A DNA stretch of 64,000 nt from an uncultured Actinomycetes bacterium (GCA_963767005.1 CAVYCN010000002.1:1-64000), one strand, 5' to 3'. Positions 49,302 to 58,507 are shown, numbered from the stretch's first letter. Numbers and translations are program-made. The notes: a model not told the origin generated them from the letters alone.

Positions 49302-49542
49302 GGTGGTCGGTCCTTTCGGCGTGAAGGGGTGCGCGACGGGAGCGCTCGCGGCCGCCAGGCCCGGGCTCCCGCGCGTCCGACGGGACGGATGGTCCTACGC
49401 GGCGGGGTGGTCGCGCGCCGCCGACTTGAGGCGAGTCCGCGTCAAGAGCGCTCCTTCAGCTGGTGCCGGCCGCCCCGCTCCCTTCGCGGGGAGCGCCAGA
49501 AAGGTGTCGCCGACTGCCCAGAGTCTACATCGCCGCGAGCCG

Positions 49543-50988
49543 TCACTGGGCCGCCGCGGCGATGATCGCGTCGAACTCGCGGCCGAGGCCGGCGGGAAAC
49601 TCGGGCACCGGTGCGGCGAGCAGCTCCTCGACCCGGGCGTGGGCCACGTCGGCCGTGCCGCGCGCGCCGGCCGTCTTCCAGGCCTCGTAGGTGCCGGTCT
49701 CGCCCAGCCTGGCCTGCCAGAGCTCGCGCACGTGCTTGCGGGTGTGGGAATCGAACAGGTAGTCGCCCTTGAAGCCCATCCGGGCGATGAGGTCGACGGC
49801 CAGGTGCTCGCGGTCGACCGTCACGCCCTGCAGCAGGCGGCTCACCATGCCGAAGACCTCGTCGGCCACGACGAGTTCCTCGAGCGACATCTGCGTGACC
49901 GAGTCGAGCAGGCCGGCCCCGAACAGAAAATCGGCGCCGGCGAACAGCTCGAGCATGAGCCCGAGTGTGTTCTCGTAGGCCGCCTGCACGCCGGGCTCCT
50001 TGCCCTTCGTGCCGCCCCAGCCCAGGCCGGCGGGCATGCCGTAGAAGGCCGCCATCTGGCCCTGCACGGCGCGCAGCAGGAGCGCCTCGGGCACGTTGGC
50101 GAAGTAGGCTCCGGTGCGCATGAACAGGGCGGTCGGTCCGCCGGCGTGGATGAGCTTGGCGCCGGGGTGCGCGAGCTGGATCGCGGTGATGGCGCCCAGG
50201 ATCTCGGCGTTGTTGACGACCGCGGTGCCGGCCGGCGTCACCGGCGCCGTCGCGCCCAGGATCGGCATGGGGTAGAGCATCATCGGGATGCCGGCCTCGG
50301 CGAGGGTGAAGGCGAGGTCCATGCCGAAGCGCTCCTGGTGCAGCGGGCTTACCGTGCACAGGATGACCGAGAAGGTGGGGCGCTCGTCGAGCTCGCGGGC
50401 GCCGCCGGCGACCGCCTCGGCCATGCGGATCAGGCTGCGCGCCTCCCAGTCCTCTTTGAGTGAGACGACGATGGTGTGCTTGGCCGACGAGCGCATGCAG
50501 GCGTCGAACTCGTGCAGCACGCGCGTCTCGACCGGGCTGTCCTGGGCCGACACGAGGGCCGACGTGGCTGAGATGTTGTCGAGCCCCTGCACCACGCGGG
50601 CCGCCGCCGCGACGTCGGCCTTGGTCGAGGGCCGCACCGAGCCGTCGTGCTCGCGCACGAACGTGGCGCAGCCGTCGGAGGTGATGTAGGCGTGCTCGCC
50701 GTCGAGCGGCAGGTCGTACTCGGGGGTGCGGCCGCCGAGCGTGAAGCGCCGCGGCAGGGTGGCCAGGGCCCGCTCGACCACCTCGGGCGGCAGCTTGGCG
50801 ACCGTGGTCTCGTAGTCGACCTCGGCGCCGGCCTCGGCCAGCACGTCGAGGGCGCGCTTCGAGTAGTAGACGCAGCCGACCTCGTGCAGGATGTCGAGCG
50901 AGGTCTCGTGGATGCGGCGCACCTCGTCTGGCGAGACGATCTGGAGCGGCCGGCGCGAGCCGACGCGGCGGGTATCGGCGTGGGTCAC
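49543..50988 (-). CDS. MttB-superfamily methyltransferase, no pyrrolysine (close paralog of 47844-49301)
   Basis: Same motifs; WGGTKGK at the Pyl-equivalent site; SD AAGGAG; GTGA overlap with the racemase stop. Confidence 0.92.
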   Translation of the reverse strand: MTHADTRRVGSRRPLQIVSPDEVRRIHETSLDILHEVGCVYYSKRALDVLAEAGAEVDYETTVAKLPPEVVERALATLPRRFTLGGRTPEYDLPLDGEHAYITSDGCATFVREHDGSVRPSTKADVAAAARVVQGLDNISATSALVSAQDSPVETRVLHEFDACMRSSAKHTIVVSLKEDWEARSLIRMAEAVAGGARELDERPTFSVILCTVSPLHQERFGMDLAFTLAEAGIPMMLYPMPILGATAPVTPAGTAVVNNAEILGAITAIQLAHPGAKLIHAGGPTALFMRTGAYFANVPEALLLRAVQGQMAAFYGMPAGLGWGGTKGKEPGVQAAYENTLGLMLELFAGADFLFGAGLLDSVTQMSLEELVVADEVFGMVSRLLQGVTVDREHLAVDLIARMGFKGDYLFDSHTRKHVRELWQARLGETGTYEAWKTAGARGTADVAHARVEELLAAPVPEFPAGLGREFDAIIAAAAQ

Positions 50989-52088
50989 GGGTTCTCCTTG
51001 CGGTCGGGACGGACGACGGCGCCGGCGCTTGCCGGCGTACGGGTGACGAAGCGGCGGGAGACGAACGGCGAGGTCACGGCGCGCACGAGGGCGTCGTAGT
51101 CGACGGCGAAGGCAACGGTGTCGCCCGGGCGCAGCTCGCGCGGCGTGACGAGCACGGCCACGTCGCTCGTCATGCCGGCGACCCAGGCCCCGTCGAGCAG
51201 CGGCCGCAGGCCACCGGGCTCGCAGTCGCGCCGGCCGAGGGCGATCAGCGTGTACCAGGCGTCGTGGTCGGGCAGCGCCGTGTCGGGGGTGTGGCCGAAC
51301 GCGTCGCGGCCGGCGGGGCCGACCGGCGCCGGCGGCTTGCGCGACGACTCGAGCACGGTCGCGGTGAGCACGGGGTCGAAGCGTTCGAGGCCGGCGAGCG
51401 TCTCGCCCGAGACGAAATCGTAGCCGTAGAGGAGCCCGCCGCCGGCGCGCAGCTCGGTGCGAAACCGCGGCGTGAAGTCGTCGAGGCAGCTGAGGCAGAC
51501 GGTCCCGCCGACGGACAGCAGCGGAGCGTCGAGGTCGGCGGCGTCGGCGACCGTGGCCAGGACGTCCTCGGCCGCGCGCAGCAGCGCGACGCTGGGGAGC
51601 TGGCCCGACAGGCAGGCGAAGTTCACGGCGATGCCGCCGAGGGCGGTGCCGGGCAGGCCGGCGAGGCGGCTCGCCGCCTCGCCGGCCTGCCCGGGCAGCA
51701 CGCCCTCGCGGCGATCGCCGAGGTCGACGGTGAGCAGCAGCTCGATCGGCAGGCCTGGCGCGTGGCGGCCGAGCTCCTCGGCCGTGCCCGGGTCGCACAG
51801 CAGGATTCGTTCGGCGACCTGGGCCGCCGTCACGACGTCGTGGGGTCCGGGGGCGCGCAGCAGCGTGAGCGGCACGAGGGCGTGAGCGGCGAGCCGCACC
51901 AGCGCGGGCAGGCGCGAGTCGGCGAGGCCGGTGCAGCCGGCCTCGAGCATCGCCTGCCCGACGGCCGGCTCGCCGTCGACGGCCTTGGTCACGCCGACGA
52001 GCTCGATGCCGCGGGCGAGCAGGCGCGCGGCGAGGCTGCCCGTAGCGGCCGCGATGGCGTCGAGGTCGAAGGTCAGCTCAGGTTCCGT
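50985..52088 (-). CDS. Ornithine-racemase (Orr)-like fold-III PLP enzyme; candidate ACG start
   Basis: P.L..DL..I, GVTK (PLP Lys), ADSR, DLGDRREG, NFAC.SG, KP..P.G..G.DAFG, G.TSD. Confidence 0.82.
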   Translation of the reverse strand, partial: TEPELTFDLDAIAAATGSLAARLLARGIELVGVTKAVDGEPAVGQAMLEAGCTGLADSRLPALVRLAAHALVPLTLLRAPGPHDVVTAAQVAERILLCDPGTAEELGRHAPGLPIELLLTVDLGDRREGVLPGQAGEAASRLAGLPGTALGGIAVNFACLSGQLPSVALLRAAEDVLATVADAADLDAPLLSVGGTVCLSCLDDFTPRFRTELRAGGGLLYGYDFVSGETLAGLERFDPVLTATVLESSRKPPAPVGPAGRDAFGHTPDTALPDHDAWYTLIALGRRDCEPGGLRPLLDGAWVAGMTSDVAVLVTPRELRPGDTVAFAVDYDALVRAVTSPFVSRRFVTRTPASAGAVVRPDRKENP

Positions 52089-52138
52089 GGCGGTCCTGCG
52101 GTCGCGGAAACGCCGGCGGCGGCGCCGCCGGCGGGGAC

Positions 52139-52146
52139 AGTATAAT
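52139..52146. promoter_or_regulatory. Overlapping divergent -10 elements
   Basis: AGTATAAT contains TATAAT on + (52141-52146) and TATACT on - (52144-52139). Confidence 0.65.
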
Positions 52147-52236
52147 CGGACGGCGACGACGCCCCCAAATCGGGCCCAACGGTCTCGGCCGGACGGCACG
52201 TGCGGCACGACACGACGAGGCAGGTGACGAGCGAGA

Positions 52237-53708
52237 TGACCCAGCCCGACGGCGACAGCTCCGCACGAGGTGCTCACCTCGCGCTCGACGGCGACCTCAC
52301 CGAGCGGGACGGCCACCTCGTGCTCGACGGGGTCGACCTCGTCGAGCTCGCTCGCACCAACCCGACGCCGTTCTTCGTGTACTCGCCGCGGCGCATCCGC
52401 TGGAACGTGAGCAGCCTCGTGAACGCCTTCACCCGGCGTCACCTCGACACCGAGGTGTTCTTCGCCAGCAAGGCCTGCTCGAACCTCTGGTTCCTGGGCG
52501 AGGTGCGGCGTGCCGGCGTGAACGTCGAGGTGAACTCGGGCGGCGAGCTCTGGAAGGCGCAGCGTGCCGGCTTTGCCGGCCGCCAGATCGTGTTCAACGG
52601 CGTCGCCAAGACCCGCGACGAGATCGCCGCCGCGTTGCGCGCCGGCGTGCGCGGCTTGACCGTCGACTCGCTGTTCGAGCTCGAACGCATCGCCGAGGTC
52701 GCCGCCGAGCTCGGCCTTGCGGCGCCGGTCGACCTGCGCATCGACGTCGACGTGCCGACGCTCACACACCCCGGCCTCGTGACGGCCCACGGGGGCAAGG
52801 CCGGCATCGACTGGGACGACGCGCTCGACGCCTTCGCCTACGCGGCCGGCCACCGGGGGCTCGAGCCGCGCGGCCTCCACCTGCACATCGGCTCGCAGAT
52901 CACGGCGGTCGAGCCCTACCGCACGGCGGTCGAGAAGGCGCTCGACCTGATCGACGCGGTCGAGGCGAGCGGCGTGCGGCTCGAGCGGCTCAACACGGGC
53001 GGCGGTTTTGCCGTGCCGTACCGTGACCGGCCGGTCTGCGAGCCGGTCGACTACTTCTGCGCGCCGCTCACGATCGACGACTACGCCGAGGCCGTCTGCG
53101 AGCCGGTGGAGCGTCGCCGGCCCGGCTTCAAGCTCCTGCTCGAGCCGGGCCGCTTCATCGCCGGCTCCACCGCGCTGCTCGTGACGACGGTCGAGAGCGC
53201 CAAGGTGAAGGGTCGCCGCGATGAGACCGGGCGGCGCGTCGGCGACGAGCGCTGGCTCACGATCGACGCCGGCTTCAACACGCTGCTCGAGCACACCAAC
53301 TACCGCTGGTACTATCGCACGAGGGTGGCCAGCAGGGCGGGCGAGCCGGCCGACACGCCGTTCCGCCTGGCCGGGCCGCTGTGCGACGGTGGCGACGTGT
53401 TCGCCGGCGACGACGACACGCCGTACCGGCTCCTACCGGCCGCCACCGCGCCGGGCGACGTCGTCGTCTTCTTCGACGCGGGCGCCTACACCCTCGAGAT
53501 GATGAACCCCTACAACGCCCGTCCGCAGGCGGCGGCGTTCGCCGTCGAGCGCGGGGCGGCGCGTCTCATCCGCCGGGCGGACAGCCTCGAGGACCTCGTC
53601 GCCCACGACGTGCCGCTCCGGCGCTCGGGCGCGGTCCGCGGCAAGCCGGGCGCGGCGCGTGGCAAGCGGGGTGCGAAGGCCTCGCCCCAGGTCGCCGACC
53701 CGGCCTGA
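52237..53708 (+). CDS. Fold-III PLP decarboxylase of the LysA family, resembling D-ornithine/D-lysine decarboxylase
   Basis: FFASKACS, IVFNGV.K, TH..LVTA, HLHIGSQ, GGG, EPGR, AGPLCDGGD, DAGAYT.E; start approximate. Confidence 0.85.
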
Positions 53709-53816
53709 CCCGCCGCGCCGGCGTCGTGTGCCGGGCGCCTGACGAGCGCACCGGCCCGGCCATCTCCTTCACGAGGCGACGCTCGGCGACACTTGACTGT
53801 GCCGGGCGCGACTCGG

Positions 53817-54908
53817 TCAGACGGGCCGCGCGAGAACGCGCTCGGTGGTCGGTGCGACGGTGATCCGCAGGGCGACGTCGCAGTAGACCCGGGTGTTGGG
53901 CAGCGCGCGACGGTGGAGCTGCGCGGGCTGCGCGAACGTCGCGGCAGGCATGCTCACGTCGGCGCCGGCTCGCCGCCAGGCCGACACGAGCTCGTCTCGG
54001 CGCTCGCGCGAGGGCGCGAGCGCGATCAGGGACCGCCAGTTCGGACACGCGCCGACGCCGTCGGCACCCGCGCCGAGCACGGTGAGGCCGGCGGCCGTCA
54101 GACGCTCAGAGATCGCGGCCGCCAGATCGCGGCGACGGGCGACGACGTCGGCGAGCTCGGTCAGGGCGCGGGCACCGGCCGCGGCCGCCGCTTCGTCGAT
54201 GCGATAACCGTTGACCATGCCGTCGGCGCAGTCGTGCGAGAAGCACTCGTCGTCGGTGGCGATCACGGTCGAGCGGAGCGCGGTCAGGTGACGCTCGAGC
54301 TGCTCGGAGGCGGTCGAGACGAGCCCTCCCGAGGAGGGGCCGTCGCCGAAGGCGAACACGGCCAGCGCACCAGCGCCACCCACCGAGCGACCGTCGACGG
54401 TCGCCCCGAGCGCGGCCCGGCAGTCCTCGATGAGCGTGACGCCGCGGTCGTCGGCGACGCGCTGCAGGCCGTCGGTGAGCGCCGGATAGCCGGCCTCGTG
54501 CACGGTGAGGACGGCGCGCGTGTCCGGCCCGACGAGGCGGTTGGCGTCGGCGGCTTCGAGGAACGGGCGGTCGGGCGCTTCGATGTCGGCGAAGACGGGC
54601 CGCCCCCCGGCAAGGATGACCAGGTTGGCGGTCGCCGCCGGCGAGACGGCGGGCAGGATGACCTCGCCGCCGTCGCTCGCGTCGACTGCGAGCAGGGCCA
54701 GGTGCAGGCCGGCCGAGCCGCCGGCGACGGGCACGACGCGACGCCCCAGGAAGGCCTCGGCGGCGTCCTGCAGCCGCATGGCCGCCTGTCCCTGGGTGAG
54801 CCAGCCCGACTTGAGGGCGCCGGCCGCGAGGTCGTCGGCGCCCGACTCGACGTCGTCGCCGGCCCGTCTGCGTGGGAACCGCACTACCTTGTCGTCGCCG
54901 GAGTCCAC
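53817..54908 (-). CDS. DegT/DnrJ/EryC1/StrS-like protein lacking the catalytic lysine
   Basis: SGWLT.G, G.AGLHLAL, EVI.P, A.AN.....G.RPVFADI, IED...A.G; the SF...K....GEGG motif is replaced by AFGDGPSSGG. Confidence 0.75.
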   Translation of the reverse strand: MDSGDDKVVRFPRRRAGDDVESGADDLAAGALKSGWLTQGQAAMRLQDAAEAFLGRRVVPVAGGSAGLHLALLAVDASDGGEVILPAVSPAATANLVILAGGRPVFADIEAPDRPFLEAADANRLVGPDTRAVLTVHEAGYPALTDGLQRVADDRGVTLIEDCRAALGATVDGRSVGGAGALAVFAFGDGPSSGGLVSTASEQLERHLTALRSTVIATDDECFSHDCADGMVNGYRIDEAAAAAGARALTELADVVARRRDLAAAISERLTAAGLTVLGAGADGVGACPNWRSLIALAPSRERRDELVSAWRRAGADVSMPAATFAQPAQLHRRALPNTRVYCDVALRITVAPTTERVLARPV

Positions 54909-55013
54909 ACTGACCGTCCCCTCGGAATGAGCCTGAAGTCCGCGCACGGACTGCGTACCCGTTCTCGCTGGAAACAAGGCGTACGACACCGTAGCCCTGG
55001 CGAGGCGTGATCG

Positions 55014-55055
55014 GCGGACGGCGGGGCCGGCCTTGAGGCCGGCCCCGCCGTCCGC
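55014..55055. terminator. Perfect GC-rich hairpin, likely terminator of the amidase gene
   Basis: GCGGACGGCGGGGCCGGCCT-TG-AGGCCGGCCCCGCCGTCCGC. Confidence 0.75.
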
Positions 55056-55067
55056 ACGCGGCGATCT

Positions 55068-56288
55068 TCAGATGACGATACTAGCGCGCGTGTGCACGAA
55101 CCGATAGTGGGTGGATGAGGTGCCGAGCTTCCAGTAGACGTGGTAGTGGTCGGTGGTGTGGGCATCGACCACCCTCTGGCCGGCGCTGTTGGTGCCGACG
55201 AGCTCGGCGACGTGGTCCCAGGTGCCGTCGCCCGTCCAGTCGTAGTAGATGAAGTCGCCGGCGGAGAGGTCGGAGACGGTGGACACGACGTCGGTGTAGC
55301 GCAGGTTCCAGGCGCCTTGCTGGTTGGCCACCGCGATCCAGGCGTGGCTGTAGGTGTCGTTTCCGGGCGAGCTCGTGCCGGACTTGTCGTACCACCAGCC
55401 CGAGGAGTAGGTGTCGCCGAACTGTGGGTAGCCGCCGGCGTACATGACCTGGGAGCCGAAGTTGGCGCAGTCGCTGCTGAAGCTCACGTAGGTCGGGTTG
55501 TACGAGAGGGCGTAGCGGTCGGCGTAGGCCTTGGCCGCGCCGCGGTCGTAGCTGAGCTTGGCGACGTAGCCCGGCGCGGCGCCGGCGGGCGCCGCGCCCG
55601 CGGACGCGGTCGCCGGGGCCGTGGCGTACGGGGGCATGGCCACGGCGGCCGGCCGGACCGCGGCCGCGGCGGTCTTCTCGAGGCCGCGAGCGGCGCTGTC
55701 GACGACGGAGCGGGGAGCGCCGGCGGCCTGCAGGAGGCGCGGCGTGAGGTCGGAGGTGTAGCGGTCGGCGGCGACGAGCCAGCGGCCGGCGCGGCGGACG
55801 AGGATTACGACGTGATCGATGCCGTCGCCCTCGGTGTCGGTGCGACCGTCGGCCGCGGTCCAGGCGACGATCGTCACGGCGCGAGCGGCGACGACGGCCG
55901 TGCGGCCGTCGGCCGACAGCCGCACCCGGCCGACGGCGACGCGGCACGACACGCCGGTGACGCGGTGCCCGAGCTGAGCGGCCAGGCGCCGTCCGCCGCT
56001 CGCGAGCAGCAGTTCGCGAGCGGCGACCGGCGCGCCCGGCAGGCAGCGAGCGGCCAGGGCGTGACCGGCGGCCGGTGCGAGCAGGCAGCGGGCGCGCAGC
56101 CGCAGGTAGGCGGTCGCGGCGCCGGCCGGACCGCCGGTCGCGGCGGCGGGCTGCGTCGCCCGCGTCGCACAGCCGCCGCCTGCCCCGGCGGCAGCCACCG
56201 GGGCAGGCCCGGCGGCGACCGGCGCGGCCGCGAGCGGCAGCGCGAGCAGCGCGAGCAGCGCTGCGCGCGGTCGAGGGAGGTGGAGCAT
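55068..56288 (-). CDS. Secreted Amidase_6 (NlpC/P60-like) domain protein
   Basis: Signal peptide; YDR.AA..YA..YA...NP.Y, DCANF.SQ...AGG, GD.I.YD, DH, DAHT. Confidence 0.85.
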   Translation of the reverse strand: MLHLPRPRAALLALLALPLAAAPVAAGPAPVAAAGAGGGCATRATQPAAATGGPAGAATAYLRLRARCLLAPAAGHALAARCLPGAPVAARELLLASGGRRLAAQLGHRVTGVSCRVAVGRVRLSADGRTAVVAARAVTIVAWTAADGRTDTEGDGIDHVVILVRRAGRWLVAADRYTSDLTPRLLQAAGAPRSVVDSAARGLEKTAAAAVRPAAVAMPPYATAPATASAGAAPAGAAPGYVAKLSYDRGAAKAYADRYALSYNPTYVSFSSDCANFGSQVMYAGGYPQFGDTYSSGWWYDKSGTSSPGNDTYSHAWIAVANQQGAWNLRYTDVVSTVSDLSAGDFIYYDWTGDGTWDHVAELVGTNSAGQRVVDAHTTDHYHVYWKLGTSSTHYRFVHTRASIVI

Positions 56289-56311
56289 GGGGGACCCCCT
56301 TTCGGGTCGGG

Positions 56312-56860
56312 TTACGGGCTCGTGGTGACGGCTGTGATCAGCCAGTCCCCCGCGCTTCGCACCCTCCCCAGGGTGAAGAAGAGCGTCGTGCGGCCGCTCG
56401 GCAGCGGCGCGCCGCGTCGTGTGAACAGGCGCACGGTCGCGACGATCGTGATGGCGTCGGGGCCGGGCCCTCCCCGGACCCGAGCCGAGATGAGGTCGAT
56501 ATGGCGGATGCCGGCGAGCTCGCGGCACGGCCGGCAGCGCGGCCGGGCCAGCAGACGCCGGGCGTCGGCGAAGCGATGACGGTCGACGAAGCGCACCAGA
56601 CGTGCCACCGTGCAGGCCGCGAGCAGGCGCGCGGCGATGGGCGTCGTGGCCGCCGGCGGGGGCGCCGGCGAGGCGCTGCCGGCGAGGGGTGACGGGGTCG
56701 CGGCCGGCGACCGCGACCCCGCCACCGTGACGCCGCCGGCGGGCGCCGGCGTGACGGGTGCCGTCCGACCGCAGGCCGCCCAGACCGCGACCACCGCGAG
56801 CGCGGCCGCCGCCACGGCGAGCCGGCGGGCGATGCGGGTGCGGTGGGAGCGCGACGTCAT
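56312..56860 (-). CDS. Putative lipoprotein
   Basis: Basic N-terminus, hydrophobic stretch, lipobox-like WAAC; Pro/Ala linker; C-terminal FFTL...W.I. Confidence 0.6.
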   Translation of the reverse strand: MTSRSHRTRIARRLAVAAAALAVVAVWAACGRTAPVTPAPAGGVTVAGSRSPAATPSPLAGSASPAPPPAATTPIAARLLAACTVARLVRFVDRHRFADARRLLARPRCRPCRELAGIRHIDLISARVRGGPGPDAITIVATVRLFTRRGAPLPSGRTTLFFTLGRVRSAGDWLITAVTTSP

Positions 56861-56966
56861 GGCCTGATGCTGCGCGGCGGCCGCCCCGGCCTCAAGGATG
56901 ACGACAGCCACTCGGCGGTGACGTTGTCGTCGCGGCCGCCGGGCCGCCTGTGACACAATCGCCGGC

Positions 56967-57455
56967 GTGACCGGCGAGCCCCCCGACCTGCCCGATCTGC
57001 TCGGCGACCACCCGTCGCTCGGCCTCGTGCTGCGCCGCGACCTGGTGCGTGGCCTGCGCGCCGGCCTGGCGACCTTCTGGAGCCTGGCCAAGGCGATGAT
57101 CCCGGCCTACGCCCTGGCGCTCGTCCTCGAGAAGCTCGGCGCGGTGCGCGCGATCGCCCACGTCGCCCAGCCGGTGATGTCGCTGGTCGGCCTGCCGGGC
57201 TCGGCGGCCGTGCCGCTCGTGCTGGGCTGGGTGCTCAACGTCTATGCCGCCGTCGGCGCCATGACGGCGCTCCACCTGGACGCGCGCCAGATCACGGTGC
57301 TCGCCCTGGCCGTGCTGATCGGCCACAACCTGCTGGTCGAGGGCGCCGTGCTGCGCCGCGCCGGCATGAGCGGCGTCGGCTTCGGCGTCCTGCGCGCGGT
57401 CAGCGGCCTCGCCGCCGCCGGCCTCGCCAACCTGCTCATGAAGGCGCTGTCGTGA
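56967..57455 (+). CDS. Nucleoside-recognition (Gate) domain membrane protein, SpmA/B-like
   Basis: P.M..VGLPG.AA..L..G...N.YAA, HNL.VE. Confidence 0.8.
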   Translation: MTGEPPDLPDLLGDHPSLGLVLRRDLVRGLRAGLATFWSLAKAMIPAYALALVLEKLGAVRAIAHVAQPVMSLVGLPGSAAVPLVLGWVLNVYAAVGAMTALHLDARQITVLALAVLIGHNLLVEGAVLRRAGMSGVGFGVLRAVSGLAAAGLANLLMKALS

Positions 57456-57943
57456 GTGCGCTGCTGTCGGAGTTCCTGCGCGGCTCGTTCAGCCTGCTGT
57501 GGCGCGTCTTCGTCATCGTCGTGCCGATCATGGTCGTGCTCGAGCTCTTCGAGGGCTCGCGGCCCTTCCGCGTGGTCGTGCGACTCTGGGCGCGCGTCAT
57601 GGCGCCGCTCGGCATGACCGACGAGATCGCCACCCCGACGCTGGTCGGCTTTCTGTTCGGCATCGCCTACGGCGGCGGCGTCATCATCCGCGAGACCGCC
57701 CGTCACAGCCTGCCGCGCCGGCAACTGTTCCTCATGAGCGTCTTCCTGAGCGAGGTGCACGCCATCTTCGAGGACTCGCTCGTGCTCATCGCCGTCGGCG
57801 CGTCGGCCGTGTGGGTGGTCGGCTTTCGCCTGGTCTGGGCCGCCGCGCTGACCGCGCTCCTGGGCGCGGGCGCGGCCGCCGTCGCGCGCCGCCGCGGCGG
57901 CGCGCGGCCGGACCGGCGCGAAGGCGAGCCGGGGAGCGAATGA
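57452..57943 (+). CDS. Nucleoside-recognition (Gate) domain membrane protein (partner subunit)
   Basis: G...GI.YGGG.II.E, HA.FED; GTGA overlap. Confidence 0.8.
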   Translation: MSALLSEFLRGSFSLLWRVFVIVVPIMVVLELFEGSRPFRVVVRLWARVMAPLGMTDEIATPTLVGFLFGIAYGGGVIIRETARHSLPRRQLFLMSVFLSEVHAIFEDSLVLIAVGASAVWVVGFRLVWAAALTALLGAGAAAVARRRGGARPDRREGEPGSE

Positions 57944-57961
57944 AGCGCTTGCGACAGGGGT

Positions 57962-57986
57962 ATTGTTGACAAGTCTTATCGGTTTC
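57962..57986 (+). promoter_or_regulatory. Putative Rrf2/IscR-type operator overlapping the -35 TTGACA
   Basis: ATTGTTGACAAGTCTTATCGGTTTC, an AT-rich island resembling IscR type-1 sites. Confidence 0.5.
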
Positions 57987-58063
57987 CGCTACCAATCAGA
58001 TGACTGCGCGCACCGGGTCCGCCCGGGACCGCTGCCGCGGCAGGCGACGACGAGCGAGCGACG

Positions 58064-58507
58064 ATGAACATCTCCGCCAAGAGCAAGTACGCGGTGCGCG
58101 CGCTGGTCGAGCTGGCCGAGCGTACGCAGGGCCAGCCCGGCCAGCTCGTCCGGCTCACCGACGTGGCCAAGGCGCGCAGCATCCCGCTGCAGTTCCTCGA
58201 GCAGCTCTTCGCCGGGCTGCGCCGGGCCGGCATCGTCAAGAGCCGGCGCGGCGCGAGCGGCGGCTTCGTGTTCGCGCGTCCGCCCGGCCAGGTCACGGTG
58301 CTCGACGTGGTCGAGACCCTCGACGGGCTCGTCTCGCCGGCGATCTGTACGCAGGGCGAGTGCGAGCGCATCGAGGAGTGTGGCGCGGCGGCGGTGTGGC
58401 TCGAGGCCAAGGAGGCGCTCGAGCAGGTGCTGCGTCAGACGACGATCGCCGACCTCGCCGAGCGCGAGCTCGCCCGCGCCCCCCACGAAGCCATGTACTA
58501 CATCTGA
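58064..58507 (+). CDS. Rrf2 family regulator (IscR/CymR-like) with three Cys
   Basis: K..YA.RAL..LA, I...FLEQ....[25 protein letters not shown]-terminal MYYI. Confidence 0.92.
   Translation: MNISAKSKYAVRALVELAERTQGQPGQLVRLTDVAKARSIPLQFLEQLFAGLRRAGIVKSRRGASGGFVFARPPGQVTVLDVVETLDGLVSPAICTQGECERIEECGAAAVWLEAKEALEQVLRQTTIADLAERELARAPHEAMYYI

Noticed and set aside
47970-50750. Near-identical 25-35 nt blocks repeated about 1.7 kb apart
   Set aside because: Explained by paralogy of the tandem MttB genes; not CRISPR or mobile-element repeats
54955-54975. SigB/SigF-like GTTT...GGGTAC upstream of the DegT-like gene
   Set aside because: The 11-nt spacer is too short for the consensus
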